A DNA stretch of 64,000 nucleotides from Longimicrobiales bacterium (GCA_036563975.1 DATCLK010000097.1:1286-65285), one strand, 5' to 3'. Numbered from the stretch's first letter, positions 28,413-38,638 are shown. Notes: a model not told the origin generated them from the letters alone. Numbers and translations: made by a program.

Positions 28413-29788
28413 CGGAACAGGAGATCCAGGAGCGTGCGCACGTCCGCGACCGGCACGGTCTCGAGGCCCGCGGATGCCTCCCGCGGGAGGCCGCGGCGCG
28501 CCACGTACGCGCGCGAGAAGCCCAGGCGCGCCGCCTCGGCGAGTCGGCGTTCCATCTGCCCGACGGGCCGCAGCTCGCCGCCCAGCCCCACCTCGCCCAC
28601 GAACACCGCGTCTCCCGGCACCTCGCGGTCGAACACGCTGGACGCGACCGCTGCGACCAGCGCGAGGTCGCCGGCCGGCTCAGCCAGCCGGACGCCTCCC
28701 ACCACGTTGAGGAAAACGTCCAGTTGCCCGAACGCGATGCCGGCCCGCTTCTCGAGCACCGCGAGGAGCAGAGCCAGCCGCTGCCGGTCGAAGCCCGTGG
28801 CCACGCGCTGCGGCGCGGCGTAGCTCGTGCGCGTGCACAACGCCTGCACTTCCACGAGCAGCGGCCTCGTGCCCTCTATGGTCGCGACGACCGCCGACCC
28901 GCTCACGCCCTGCGTGCGCTCGCCCAGGAACAGCGCCGACGGGTTGGGGACGGGCACGAGGCCCGCCGGACTCATGCGGAACACGCCGATTTCGTCCACG
29001 CCCCCGAAGCGGTTTTTCGTGGCGCGCAGCACCCGCGAGTCCAGCACCGTCCCGCCCTCGAAGTACAGCACGGTGTCGACGATGTGCTCGAGGGTCTTCG
29101 GGCCGGCCACCGTCCCGTCCTTCGTGACGTGCCCCACGACGAACACCGCGACATCCGTTGCTTTCGCGTACCGCTGGAGTCGTGCCGCGCACTCGCGCAC
29201 CTGCGTCACGCTCCCGGGTGCGCTCTCTAGGTCCGGCGCGTAGACGGTCTGGATCGAATCGATGAACAGGGCGGAGGGCTTGCGCGCGTCCGCGTGGGCC
29301 AGGATCGCGTCCAGCTCCGTCTCGGCGAGGAACATCACATCGCCCGCGCCTGCGCCGAGGCGGTCCGCGCGCAACCGTACCTGCGCCGCGCTCTCCTCGC
29401 CCGAGACGTACAACGTCCTGCGGTCCGCCGCCTCCAGCCGGGCCGCGACCTGGAGCAGCAGCGTGCTCTTGCCGATGCCCGGTTCACCGCCCACCAGCAC
29501 CAGCGAGCCCGGCACGATGCCGCCGCCGAGGACGAAATCGAACTCGTCGAGCGCCGTCCGCCACCGGGCCGTGTCGGCGCCCTCGACCTCGGCCAGCCGG
29601 CGCGGCTCGGCCCGCACTGCGGGCCCGGCGTGCTCCACCCTCCCATCGCGGCGGGAGCGCGTCCGGGCGCGCCCGGTCGGCTCCTCGACGAGCGTGTTCC
29701 ATGCGCCGCACGCCGGACACTGGCCCTGCCAGCGCGGCGTCTCGTTGCCGCACTCGGTGCAGAAGAACGCGGTCTTCACCCTGGCCAT
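28409..29788 (-). CDS. radA: DNA repair protein RadA
   Basis: 459-aa ORF with an N-terminal Zn finger (FFCTECGNE...CPACGAWN), Walker A (GGEPGIGKSTL), KNRFG and a Lon-like C-terminal domain. Confidence 0.95.
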   Translation of the reverse strand: MARVKTAFFCTECGNETPRWQGQCPACGAWNTLVEEPTGRARTRSRRDGRVEHAGPAVRAEPRRLAEVEGADTARWRTALDEFDFVLGGGIVPGSLVLVGGEPGIGKSTLLLQVAARLEAADRRTLYVSGEESAAQVRLRADRLGAGAGDVMFLAETELDAILAHADARKPSALFIDSIQTVYAPDLESAPGSVTQVRECAARLQRYAKATDVAVFVVGHVTKDGTVAGPKTLEHIVDTVLYFEGGTVLDSRVLRATKNRFGGVDEIGVFRMSPAGLVPVPNPSALFLGERTQGVSGSAVVATIEGTRPLLVEVQALCTRTSYAAPQRVATGFDRQRLALLLAVLEKRAGIAFGQLDVFLNVVGGVRLAEPAGDLALVAAVASSVFDREVPGDAVFVGEVGLGGELRPVGQMERRLAEAARLGFSRAYVARRGLPREASAGLETVPVADVRTLLDLLFR

Positions 29789-29903
29789 ACGAGAGTCTTA
29801 CCCCTCCAGGGGCGAGGGGTTACCTGCCCCGGGTGATGATACCACCCCGCGTGCGCCCTGAACGGGCTCGACCCGCGGCGTGGGGAGGCCAGGCGCCGCT
29901 AAG

Positions 29904-31322
29904 CTAGGGCTCTTCGCGGCGGGAGTAGGACTCGAACCGCGTGCACTCCTTGCGGAAGTACAGCTCCACGATGCCGGTCGGCCCGTTGCGCTGCTTGCCG
30001 ATGATCAGCTCCGCCTTGCCCTGCAGACCCTTCTCCTGAGCCTCTGCCGGCGAAAGGTAATACTCGGGCCGGTACAGGAACATGACGAGATCGGCATCCT
30101 GCTCGAGCGAGCCGGATTCGCGCAGATCCGAGAGCTGCGGGCGGTGGTCGGCTCGCTGCTCGGGCGCGCGCGAGAGCTGCGACAGCGCGATGATCGGCAC
30201 GGAGAGCTCCTTCGCCAGCGCTTTGAGACCCCGGCTGATCTCGCTGACTTCCTGCTGCCGGTTCTCCGCGCGTCCGCTCGCTTGCATGAGCTGGATGTAG
30301 TCCACGATGATGAGGCCGAGATCGGGCTGATCCGCCTTGAGCCGGCGCGCCTTGGCGCGCATCTCGAGCACGCTCAGCGAGCCCGAGTCGTCGATCCAGA
30401 TGGGGGCCGTGTTGAGGTGCCCGGCCGCCTGCGCGAGCCGCACGTAATCGTCATCCGTGAGGCGTCCGCGGAGCAGCCGGCTCAGGTCGACGAGCGCCTC
30501 AGAGCACAACATGCGCTGCACGAGCTGCTCCTTGGACATCTCGAGCGAGAACAGCGCAACGGGCACGTTGTGCGTGATGGCGGCGTGCAGCGCAACGCCC
30601 GTCACGATCGCCGTCTTGCCCATGCTCGGCCGTGCGGCGATGATCACCAGGTCGCCCTTCTGGAACCCGCCCGTCATCTCGTCCAGGTCGGGGAAGCCGG
30701 TCGCGACTCCGGTGATGCCGCCTTGCGCTTTCTGCAGCGCCTCGATGCGCTCGAACGTCGGGTAGAGGATCTTCTTGATCCACACGAATCCTTCCCGGTC
30801 GTGCGTCTGCGCGACCTGGAAGATCCGCTGCTCCGCCTCGTCGAGCACCTGCTCGACGGTCTTCTCCCCGACTTCGTAGGCGTCCCGGATGATCTGCGAC
30901 GCCGCGTCGATGAGCCGGCGCAAGACCGCACGCTCGCGGACGATCCGAGCGTGGTACTCGATGTTCGCGGCCGTCGGCACGGCGTCCAGCAGCTCGGCGA
31001 GATACGCCATGCCGCCGACGAGCTCGAGCTCATCGTTCTTCTTCAGCTCCTCGCCGACGGTGATCGGATCGACGACGTTGCCGCGCTGGAACAGGCGGAC
31101 CATGGCGCGGAAGATCCGCCGGTGCGCCTCGCGGTAGAACATCGAGTCGTCGACGATCTCGACGGCCTTGGGCACCGCGTCCGCGTCGATGAGCATGCCG
31201 CCGAGGACGGCGACCTCGGCTTCCGGCGCGTAGGGCGGCTGCCGATCGGGCGCTGGCGGGACCGCTACGCCCACCGGGCCGGCCAGCCCGCGCCCGGCGT
31301 GAATAGCCTCACGCCTCTCCAT
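29904..31322 (-). CDS. dnaB: Replicative DNA helicase
   Basis: 472-aa ORF: PPYAPEAEVAVLGGMLID, Walker A (AARPSMGKTA), IVDYIQLM, LSQLSRAPE. Normal length, no intein. Confidence 0.95.
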   Translation of the reverse strand: MERREAIHAGRGLAGPVGVAVPPAPDRQPPYAPEAEVAVLGGMLIDADAVPKAVEIVDDSMFYREAHRRIFRAMVRLFQRGNVVDPITVGEELKKNDELELVGGMAYLAELLDAVPTAANIEYHARIVRERAVLRRLIDAASQIIRDAYEVGEKTVEQVLDEAEQRIFQVAQTHDREGFVWIKKILYPTFERIEALQKAQGGITGVATGFPDLDEMTGGFQKGDLVIIAARPSMGKTAIVTGVALHAAITHNVPVALFSLEMSKEQLVQRMLCSEALVDLSRLLRGRLTDDDYVRLAQAAGHLNTAPIWIDDSGSLSVLEMRAKARRLKADQPDLGLIIVDYIQLMQASGRAENRQQEVSEISRGLKALAKELSVPIIALSQLSRAPEQRADHRPQLSDLRESGSLEQDADLVMFLYRPEYYLSPAEAQEKGLQGKAELIIGKQRNGPTGIVELYFRKECTRFESYSRREEP

Positions 31323-32109
31323 CGATCACCTGCCGCAGGAGCTGGAAGTCTTGCCACGCCTCGCGCAGCCGTTCCGGACTGCGCAGCAGGTAAGCCGGAT
31401 GGAACGTCACCACCACGGGCACGCCGCGTCGCTGATGGAGCCGGCCCCGCAGCGTCCCGATGCTCGCTTCTGCCCCGACCAGTGCCTGCGCCGCGAACCT
31501 GCCCACGGCCAGCAGCGCCCGGGGGGCGACCAGCTCGAGCTGCCGCTCGAGGTACGGCGAGCAGCTCGCGATCTCATCGGGCCGCGGGTCCCGGTTTCCC
31601 GGCGGGCGGCACTTCAGCACGTTGCAGATGTAGACGCTCGCGCGCGGGAAACCGGCGCTCAGGAGCAGGCGGTCCAGGAGCTTCCCCGCCGCGCCGACGA
31701 ACGGGCGGCCCGTGCGGTCCTCTTCGGCCCCGGGCGCCTCGCCCACCACCATCACCGCTGCCTTCGGGTCGCCCTCGCCGAACACCACCGTGCGGCGGCC
31801 CTGGTGCAGCCGGCAGCGTGTGCAGGCGAGCGCCTCCTGCCGCACAGCGTCCAGCGTGGGCGCGCCGCGCTCGTGCGTGCCCGGCCCGGCCGTGGCGCCC
31901 GCGGCGGCTGCCGCCTCGACACGGGCCTCCGCACCCTGGCGAGCGGGCACGGCGCGGGCTGGCCCGGGCCGTGCCGGCCGCGCAGGCGCACGGCTGGCCA
32001 GCAAGGCCCACACGTCCTCCCGCGTCAGCGTCTCCAGGAACAGGCGCTCGTCACCGAGCTCGCTGCGCTGCCTCAGGTAGCGGACCAGCAGCCCGCGCAC
32101 GTCGCTCAT
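31309..32109 (-). CDS. Uracil-DNA glycosylase, family 4 (Fe-S type), with N-terminal extension
   Basis: Lies in ORF 31309..32958. Start set at ATG 32109 in an ATGA overlap with the coaBC stop. Contains CTRCRLH, GEAPGAEED, GRPFVGAAG and FHPAYLLR. Confidence 0.85.
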   Translation of the reverse strand: MSDVRGLLVRYLRQRSELGDERLFLETLTREDVWALLASRAPARPARPGPARAVPARQGAEARVEAAAAAGATAGPGTHERGAPTLDAVRQEALACTRCRLHQGRRTVVFGEGDPKAAVMVVGEAPGAEEDRTGRPFVGAAGKLLDRLLLSAGFPRASVYICNVLKCRPPGNRDPRPDEIASCSPYLERQLELVAPRALLAVGRFAAQALVGAEASIGTLRGRLHQRRGVPVVVTFHPAYLLRSPERLREAWQDFQLLRQVIDGEA

Positions 32110-33335
32110 CGCCGTGCATCGAGTAGCGCGGCCACCCGGTCGAGCAGGGCCTCCGCGACGTCGTGCTTGGACATCAGGGGCAAGGCCTCGCTCGCCCCGC
32201 TCCGGTCGATGATCACCACGCGGTTGGTCTCGACCTCGAAGCCCGCGCCCGGCTCGGTCGCCTCGTTCAGCACGATCAGGTCCAGCGCCTTGCGCTCGAG
32301 CTTCTCCCGAGCGTTCGCCATCGCGTCGTGCGTCTCGAGCGCGAAGCCGACCGCCACCAGGCCTGGCGGCCGTGCGGCGCGCGTCGCATCGAGGATGTCT
32401 GGCGCTGCTTCGAGCGGGATCGCGGCAGGCGCTTCCGCCTTCTTGATCTTCCGCCCTGCCCGCTCCGCCGGCCGGAAGTCCGCGACGGCCGCGGCCATGA
32501 TCAGCACGTCGGCGCCGGCCAGCGCCGTGCCGACGGCCTCCGCCATCTCCTCCGCGGTCTCCACGCGCACCAGCTCCGCGCCCGTGGGTGGCTCGAGTGC
32601 CGACGGGCCGCTGATGAGGATGACGCGCGCGCCGCGCCGCCACGCCGCACCGGCGATCGCGTAGCCCATCCGGCCCGAGGAGCGGTTCGAGATGAAACGC
32701 ACGGGGTCGATCGCCTCGCGCGTGGGGCCCGCAGTGACGACGACCGTGCGCCCGCTCAGCGGCGTCTCCCCCTCGAGGGCGCGGCCCACGTGCTCGATGA
32801 TCGTCGCCGGCTCCTCCATCCGCCCGGGGCCCTCGCCCTCTCCATATGCCAGGCGCCCCACCGCGGGGCCGACGATGCGGTATCCCAGCCGCCGCAGGCG
32901 CCGCACGTTCAGCCGCGTCTGCGGATGCGCCCACATGCGGTCGTTCATTGCAGGGCACAGCAGGACGGGGACCTGCGCGGCGAGGAGGATCGCGGTCAGG
33001 AGGTCATCGGCCTGGCCGGAAGCGGCGCGCGCGAGAAAGTCCGCGGTGGCCGGCGCGACGCAGACCACATCCGCTCCGCGGGCGAGCCGGATGTGGTCCA
33101 GCGCATGGCCGGGGTCGAAAATCTCCCCCGCGACCGGCCGACCGGTCAGGGCCTCGAAGGTGATGGCGCCCACGAACTCGCGCGCCGCCCGCGTCATCAC
33201 GACATCCACGACGGCGCCGAGTTCGGTCAGGTCCCGCGCGAGCTGCGCCGCCTTGTACGCCGCGATGCCGCCGGTCACGCCCAGAACAACGCGGCGCCCC
33301 TGCCAGGGGCGCCGCGGAGCCAGCGGCCCGGGCAT
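32106..33335 (-). CDS. coaBC: Bifunctional phosphopantothenoylcysteine decarboxylase / phosphopantothenate-cysteine ligase
   Basis: 409-aa ORF: LGVTGGIAAYKA, PAMNDRMW, ISNRSSGRMG, AAAVADFRP. Confidence 0.93.
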   Translation of the reverse strand: MPGPLAPRRPWQGRRVVLGVTGGIAAYKAAQLARDLTELGAVVDVVMTRAAREFVGAITFEALTGRPVAGEIFDPGHALDHIRLARGADVVCVAPATADFLARAASGQADDLLTAILLAAQVPVLLCPAMNDRMWAHPQTRLNVRRLRRLGYRIVGPAVGRLAYGEGEGPGRMEEPATIIEHVGRALEGETPLSGRTVVVTAGPTREAIDPVRFISNRSSGRMGYAIAGAAWRRGARVILISGPSALEPPTGAELVRVETAEEMAEAVGTALAGADVLIMAAAVADFRPAERAGRKIKKAEAPAAIPLEAAPDILDATRAARPPGLVAVGFALETHDAMANAREKLERKALDLIVLNEATEPGAGFEVETNRVVIIDRSGASEALPLMSKHDVAEALLDRVAALLDARR

Positions 33336-33341
33336 CGAGTG

Positions 33342-33557
33342 CTACGCGCCCTTGCGGCGCCGCTTGATGAGGCGGAACTCGATGTCGCCCGATGCCAGTG
33401 CTTCGAGTGCGCGGGTCGTCAGCTTCTTCTCGAGTCCTGCCGGTACGGCCTCGCGCGGCAACGCGTTCAGCTCGCGCGCGTACTTGGCCGCGACCAGCAC
33501 GCCGAGGTACTTGCTGCCCGCGTGTCGCGAAATCTCGGAAGGAGTGAAGACGCGCAT
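33342..33557 (-). CDS. rpoZ: DNA-directed RNA polymerase subunit omega
   Basis: 71-aa ORF (SKYLGVLVAAKYAREL...) immediately downstream of gmk, the classic gmk-rpoZ pair. Confidence 0.85.
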   Translation of the reverse strand: MRVFTPSEISRHAGSKYLGVLVAAKYARELNALPREAVPAGLEKKLTTRALEALASGDIEFRLIKRRRKGA

Positions 33558-34208
33558 TTAACAACTCCTTTCCAGGATCTCTCCCAGCTCTCGTTCCAGG
33601 CGCTCCACCTCGCCGGCGAGGTCTTCCTGACGCTGCACCCGGGCTTCTTCCGCGGTGATGACCGCCTCGAGCGTCGCCAGCGCGCGCTCGAATTCGTCGT
33701 TCACCACCACGTAGTCGAAGTCGGTGGCAGCGGCCAGCTCATGGCGCGCCGTCTCCAGCCGACGGATCCTGTTCTCGCTGCTCTCTGTACCCCGCCGGGC
33801 CAGTCTGTGATTCAACTCTTCCGCGCTGGGCGGCAGCACGAAAATCAATACGGCATCCGGGTAGGCCCGGCGGATCTGCCGTGCGCCCTGGACATCGATA
33901 TCCAGCACCGGGATCTGGCCGCGCGCCAGGGCATTCTCGACCTCCTGCCGCGGCGTGCCGTAACGCCGCCCATGGACGACCGCCCACTCGAGCAGCTCGC
34001 CCGCCTCGAGCATGCGGTCGAACTCGGGGTCGCTCACGAACCGGTAGTCCTTGCCACCCTGCTCCGCACCCCGCGGCGGCCTCGTCGTCGCCGAGACCGA
34101 GAAGACCAGCTTGGGATTCCGCTCCACCAGCGCCTGCGCCAGACTGGTCTTTCCCGCCCCGCTCGGCGCCGCGATGACGACCGGAAACGGCCGGCTCCCC
34201 ACACTCAC
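33558..34208 (-). CDS. gmk: Guanylate kinase
   Basis: 216-aa ORF: APSGAGKTSL, SATTRPPRGAE..GKDYRFV, YGT. Confidence 0.93.
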   Translation of the reverse strand: MSVGSRPFPVVIAAPSGAGKTSLAQALVERNPKLVFSVSATTRPPRGAEQGGKDYRFVSDPEFDRMLEAGELLEWAVVHGRRYGTPRQEVENALARGQIPVLDIDVQGARQIRRAYPDAVLIFVLPPSAEELNHRLARRGTESSENRIRRLETARHELAAATDFDYVVVNDEFERALATLEAVITAEEARVQRQEDLAGEVERLERELGEILERSC

Positions 34209-35092
34209 TCCACGTTCTCGATCTGCTCGCGCAGGCGCTCGATCTCGTTCTTGATGGCGACCACCTCGTGCTCGATCGCGGCGTCGTTCGCCTTGGCGCC
34301 GATGGTGTTCGCCTCGCGGTGCATCTCCTGCACGAGGAACCCCAGGCGCTTGCCCACCGGCTCCCCGCCGGTGTCTGCGAGCAACTGCCTGAACAGCTCC
34401 ATGTGGGAGCGCAGCCGCACCGTCTCCTCGCTCACGTCCCAGCGCTCCGCGAGATACGCGATCTCGCGCGCCAGCCGCTCCTCATCCACGGAGACGTCCT
34501 GTGCCAGCTCAGCGATGACGCGGCGCAGGCGGTCTCGTTCCGCGACCAGCCGCGCGGGCGCGCGCTCCACGATCCTTGCCAGGGCCGCGGCGATCGCATC
34601 CAGGCGCTCTTCCAAGTCCGCCCGTAGCCGCTGCCCTTCCTCGGTGCGCATGGCCAGACACGCGCGGGCCGCCGCGACGGTCACCTCCTCGAGCGCCTCG
34701 ATCGGGATCTCAGCGTCCTGGCTGTCTTTCGCGACGATCAGGTCGCCGAATCGGCTCAGCAGGGCCAGGTCCACTTCGCCCGGCACCTGCAGGCGCTCCT
34801 TGAGGGTCTGGAACGCTCGCAGGTACTGCCGCGCCCGCGCCTCGTCCAGCTCGAGCACCGGCGCGTCACCCTCCCCGTCCGACCGCTCGAGCCGCAGCGT
34901 GAGGGTCACGTGCCCGCGTGGCAGGACGGCCCGCAACCACTCCCGCACCTGCAACTCGTAGCGGTCCAGCGCGGGCGGCAGCCGGATGCTGGCGACGAAG
35001 TAGCGATGGTTGACCGTCTTGACTTCCGCCCGGAGCCGGCCGGCCGGCGTCTCCACCTCGGCCTGGCCGAAGCCCGTCATGCTGCGGATCAT
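34205..35092 (-). CDS. yicC: YicC family protein
   Basis: 295-aa ORF: MIRSMTGFGQAE...VKTVNHRYF, C-terminal QEMHREANTIGAKA. Confidence 0.9.
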   Translation of the reverse strand: MIRSMTGFGQAEVETPAGRLRAEVKTVNHRYFVASIRLPPALDRYELQVREWLRAVLPRGHVTLTLRLERSDGEGDAPVLELDEARARQYLRAFQTLKERLQVPGEVDLALLSRFGDLIVAKDSQDAEIPIEALEEVTVAAARACLAMRTEEGQRLRADLEERLDAIAAALARIVERAPARLVAERDRLRRVIAELAQDVSVDEERLAREIAYLAERWDVSEETVRLRSHMELFRQLLADTGGEPVGKRLGFLVQEMHREANTIGAKANDAAIEHEVVAIKNEIERLREQIENVE

Positions 35093-35173
35093 TCGCCCTC
35101 CACGCAGCCATAATAGTACCCGCGGCCACGGTAAGGGTCAACGCGCTGGCCGGGAGTGGAGACGAGTTGGCCC

Positions 35174-37057
35174 TCAGTTGCGGAACTGCCACTTCACGCC
35201 GTAGAAGAGCCGCGGGCCCACCAGCTCGCGGCCCGGCACGTCCCAGATCCCACGGCGGCGCGTCAGGTTCTCCCAACGCAGGAACGCGCGCACGTCCTTG
35301 ACGCGGAGCTGGAGGTAGAAGTCCAGCGTGGTCGCGGCGGGCGCGAGCGTCAGGATGGGCGGCGCCGGGCCCCCGCCGGCGTCTCCCCCGCTCACGGGGA
35401 CCAGCATGGTGCCCCGGTGCCGGCCCTCCAGCCGCGCCAGGACCTCGAGGTTGCCGCTCCGCAGGGGCGTGGCGTGGAAGACGAGGCTCCCCAGGCCGCT
35501 TTCCACCGGTAGGTAGACCCAGGGTTCGCCGCTCCACCACCGCGTGAACCACCCCTCGAGGTAGAGGGACGGCCACGGCGTGGGGATGCGCGCGCTGACC
35601 TCCCAGCCCCGGATCCGGCCGCCGGGGTACAGATGCGGGCCTGCCGGCTCGGAGATCAGCCCCAGGGCCCGGACCGAATCCGCATCCAGCATCAACCCCG
35701 CGGCGCCCAGCTCCAGGCCGCCGCGTGTCAGGATGGCGCCGACCCGGTAGCCGGTGCGCTCGGTCAGGATCGGAGCGCCCGTGCTGTCCTTGGAGAACGG
35801 CGCGCTCCCCGCGCCGGTATGCCATTCGGCCAGGGGGCGCACGCCGAGGATCGGCCCGCCCCGCACCCGTACGCCCCCGGACCACGACGGGCCCACGCCT
35901 CTCCAGTCCACCATCCGGACCGACCCGTCCAGGGCGAGGATCTGGCCGAACGTCCCGCCCGCGGTGAGCTCGACGTCCCAACCCGGCAGGCCGTGATTCC
36001 TGCGCCAGCGCGTCGACGTGCCGGCCTCCAGCCCGCCTCGACGGAATCCGGCGCGGAAGCCCGCCTGTTCGCTCACGTCGTGCAGGCGGATCGTGTCGGC
36101 CCGTACGTCCTCCACCGTGGAGCGGCCGGCGAACGCTTCGGCCACGAGCCCCGGCACCGGTTCGATCCGGCCGCGGAGCACGAGGTCGGCGCGCGTCCCG
36201 TCGAACGGGCCGTACGAGTCCCTCGCTTCGCGGCTGGTGGAGGCGCGGCGGTACTCGACCTGGATTCCACGCCCCTGGCCGGCCAGCGTCCACTTCGTCC
36301 AGATGCCGAAATTCTCGGCGGGCTCTCGGAAGCCGAGCCCGTCGGAGGCGAGCCGTTCGACGGCAAGGCCGAGCGAGCCGCCGAGGAAACTCGGCGTGAG
36401 GAACAGGCCGCGCAGGAGGTCGGTCCCGAAATCACCGGTCCCCGCCTCGACCCGCGAGTAGGCTGCCCGCTCCCAGGCGGAGAGCGTTTCCAGCTCGATG
36501 CGCAGGGACCCGAGCCCGCGCCGGATGCGGACGCTTTCCAGCTCGGCGAGCTGGATGCGGGAGAGGTCCAGGCCGGGTCCGTCGAGTGGGTCCAGAGCGA
36601 ACCCGTCCAGGAGCAGCTCGATCCGGCCCGCATTCCCGCCGAGCCCGCTGGCCACCTCCGGCATGCCCGCCAGGCCGTACCGGACCCGGGTCACGCCCGG
36701 AATGCGCTCGAGCAGGTCCGCGAGGGTGAGCGCGCCGCTCACGAGCAGCGCGGTGCGGTCCCAGACCCAGACGCCGGCATCCCAGCCCTCGGTCGCGGCG
36801 GCCGGCATTCGCGGGAGCTGGGGCGGTGGTGTGGTGTCCGTCTCGACGGCCGTCGCGGCCTCGGCGGCGGCGGCAGTGTCCGCCGGAGGGGGGATGGTGT
36901 CACGCGGCTGCTGCGGCACCGGCCTGGGGCGCGGCAGGGGCACCTGCGCCGCCAGGGGCCGCGGCGAGAGGACCGCGCCGGCAGCGAGGAGGAGAAAGGC
37001 GAGAATGGCCCGGCGGGTCGCGCTGGGGTCACCGGTCCGCCGAGCCCGCTGCATCAT
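35174..37057 (-). CDS. Outer-membrane beta-barrel protein with TonB-dependent-receptor plug-like domain
   Basis: Lies in ORF 35174..37420. Start set at ATG 37057 (MMQRARRTGD...). Has a signal peptide (ILAFLLLAAGAVLSPRPLAAQ), a plug-like segment (LTLADLLERIPGVTRV...IELLLDGFALD...VRIRRG) and a beta-rich body ending YGVKWQFRN. Confidence 0.7.
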   Translation of the reverse strand: MMQRARRTGDPSATRRAILAFLLLAAGAVLSPRPLAAQVPLPRPRPVPQQPRDTIPPPADTAAAAEAATAVETDTTPPPQLPRMPAAATEGWDAGVWVWDRTALLVSGALTLADLLERIPGVTRVRYGLAGMPEVASGLGGNAGRIELLLDGFALDPLDGPGLDLSRIQLAELESVRIRRGLGSLRIELETLSAWERAAYSRVEAGTGDFGTDLLRGLFLTPSFLGGSLGLAVERLASDGLGFREPAENFGIWTKWTLAGQGRGIQVEYRRASTSREARDSYGPFDGTRADLVLRGRIEPVPGLVAEAFAGRSTVEDVRADTIRLHDVSEQAGFRAGFRRGGLEAGTSTRWRRNHGLPGWDVELTAGGTFGQILALDGSVRMVDWRGVGPSWSGGVRVRGGPILGVRPLAEWHTGAGSAPFSKDSTGAPILTERTGYRVGAILTRGGLELGAAGLMLDADSVRALGLISEPAGPHLYPGGRIRGWEVSARIPTPWPSLYLEGWFTRWWSGEPWVYLPVESGLGSLVFHATPLRSGNLEVLARLEGRHRGTMLVPVSGGDAGGGPAPPILTLAPAATTLDFYLQLRVKDVRAFLRWENLTRRRGIWDVPGRELVGPRLFYGVKWQFRN

Positions 37058-38571
37058 GCCTGCCCGGCGCGGCCGCGTATCCATTCCACGAACAGACGGG
37101 TCGGAACACCGGTCGGCCCCTTGCGCAGGTAGGGCGGCACGTCGTCCCGGTACGCGGTGCCCGCGATGTCCAGGTGCGCCCACGGGAACTCGCTCGCGAA
37201 CTCCTTGAGGAACCACCCGGCGGTGATCGTCCCCGCCGGCCGGCCGCCGGTGTTCTTGATGTCGGCGACGTCGCTGTCGAGCTGTGCGCGGTACTCGTCC
37301 CACAGCGGCAGCACCCAGCAGCGTTCGCCCGACCGCTCGCCCGCCTCGCGCACGGCAGCGACCAGCGCGTCGTCGTTGCCCATCAAGCCGATGGCGTGGT
37401 GGCCGAGCGCGATGGTGCACGCGCCGGTCAGCGTCGCGGCATCCACGACCGCCGCGGGGCGGAACCGGCGCGCGTAGGAGAGCGCGTCCGCCAGGAGGAG
37501 TCGGCCTTCCGCGTCGGTGTTCACGACCTCGATGGTCTTGCCGAGGTGGCTCCGCACCACGTCCCCGGGTTTCAGCGCCTTCCCGGAGGGCAGGTTCTCG
37601 GCAGACGGGATGAGCCCCACCACGTTGACGCGCAGGTCGAGCTCGGCGATCGCCTGCAGCGCGCCCAAGACGGCGGCAGCGCCGGACATGTCGTACTTCA
37701 TCTCTTCCATGTTCTGCGCCGGCTTGAGCGAGATGCCGCCGGAGTCGAACGTGACGCCCTTGCCGACCAGCACGAGCGGCGGCTCGCCTTCGCCGCCCCG
37801 CATCGACCCGATGACGATGAAGCGCGGCTCCTCCTCCGTCCCCCGCGCCACCGCCAGCAGCGCGCCCATCCCTTCCGCCCGCATGGCCTCGCGGTCCAGC
37901 ACGGTGACCGCGAAGCCGTGGCGCCGGCCGAGCTCTTCCGCCACGCTGGCCAGGTGGCTCGGGGTGGCGAGATTGCCGGGCCGCGCGGCGAGCTCTCGCG
38001 CGAGGTTCTCGCCCCGCGCCGCGATCTCGCCCACGCGGGCGCCGCGCTGCACGTCCGCGCGTGCGGCGCCGCCCGCCACCAGAGCGAGCGATGCGATCTC
38101 CACGCGCGGCCCGTCCTCCGGCGGCTGCGACTTGAGCTCGCGGAACTCCCAGGCCGCGAGGGTGACCGCTTCCGCCGCAGCCTGCCCCAGCCGCTCGGCG
38201 TCCACGCCCGCCGCGGCCTCGGGCATGAGCACCGCCAGCTCTGCCACGCCGAGGCGCTGCGCCTGCCGCACCGCGTTCCCCAGCGCGCGGCGCAGCGGCT
38301 CGGCCCCGAATTTCTCCCGCTTGCCGAGGCCGACGAGCAGCACGCGCTCGGCGCGGATCTCGCCCTCGCGCGGATAGAGCACCGCGTACTCATCCTTGCG
38401 GCCCCGGAAGTCGCCGCGGCCGAGCAACACGCCGATCGCGCCGGCCATGCGCCCATCGACCTCCGCCGCCCCGGGCATGGCCCGCTCCTCCTCGAACCAG
38501 GGGATGACGAGGAGTGGGGTGGCCACCTCCGCGACCGGCGCGTCGAGCACGCTGATCTCCAGTGGATTCAT
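37054..38571 (-). CDS. pepA: Leucyl aminopeptidase (M17)
   Basis: 505-aa ORF: VGKGVTFDSGGISLKP and VVNTDAEGRLLLADAL, the M17 signature. Confidence 0.93.
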   Translation of the reverse strand: MNPLEISVLDAPVAEVATPLLVIPWFEEERAMPGAAEVDGRMAGAIGVLLGRGDFRGRKDEYAVLYPREGEIRAERVLLVGLGKREKFGAEPLRRALGNAVRQAQRLGVAELAVLMPEAAAGVDAERLGQAAAEAVTLAAWEFRELKSQPPEDGPRVEIASLALVAGGAARADVQRGARVGEIAARGENLARELAARPGNLATPSHLASVAEELGRRHGFAVTVLDREAMRAEGMGALLAVARGTEEEPRFIVIGSMRGGEGEPPLVLVGKGVTFDSGGISLKPAQNMEEMKYDMSGAAAVLGALQAIAELDLRVNVVGLIPSAENLPSGKALKPGDVVRSHLGKTIEVVNTDAEGRLLLADALSYARRFRPAAVVDAATLTGACTIALGHHAIGLMGNDDALVAAVREAGERSGERCWVLPLWDEYRAQLDSDVADIKNTGGRPAGTITAGWFLKEFASEFPWAHLDIAGTAYRDDVPPYLRKGPTGVPTRLFVEWIRGRAGQA

Positions 38572-38596
38572 AGGCCTGCCGTTCTACAGCGTTGTT

Positions 38597-38638
38597 GTGA
38601 AAAAGGATCCGGAGCGCGCCTCGACGAAGCGCTCCGGA
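38597..38638 (-). terminator. Intrinsic terminator downstream of icd
   Basis: The minus strand has a 9-10 bp GC stem (CCGGAGCGC / GCGCTCCGG) with an 11-nt loop, followed by TCCTTTTTCACAA. Confidence 0.55.

Noticed and set aside
29904-31322. A possible intein or other insertion in dnaB, which is a common intein host.
   Set aside because: The product is 472 aa, with contiguous N-terminal, linker and RecA-like domains and normally spaced Walker A, Walker B and Arg-finger regions. There is no extra block.
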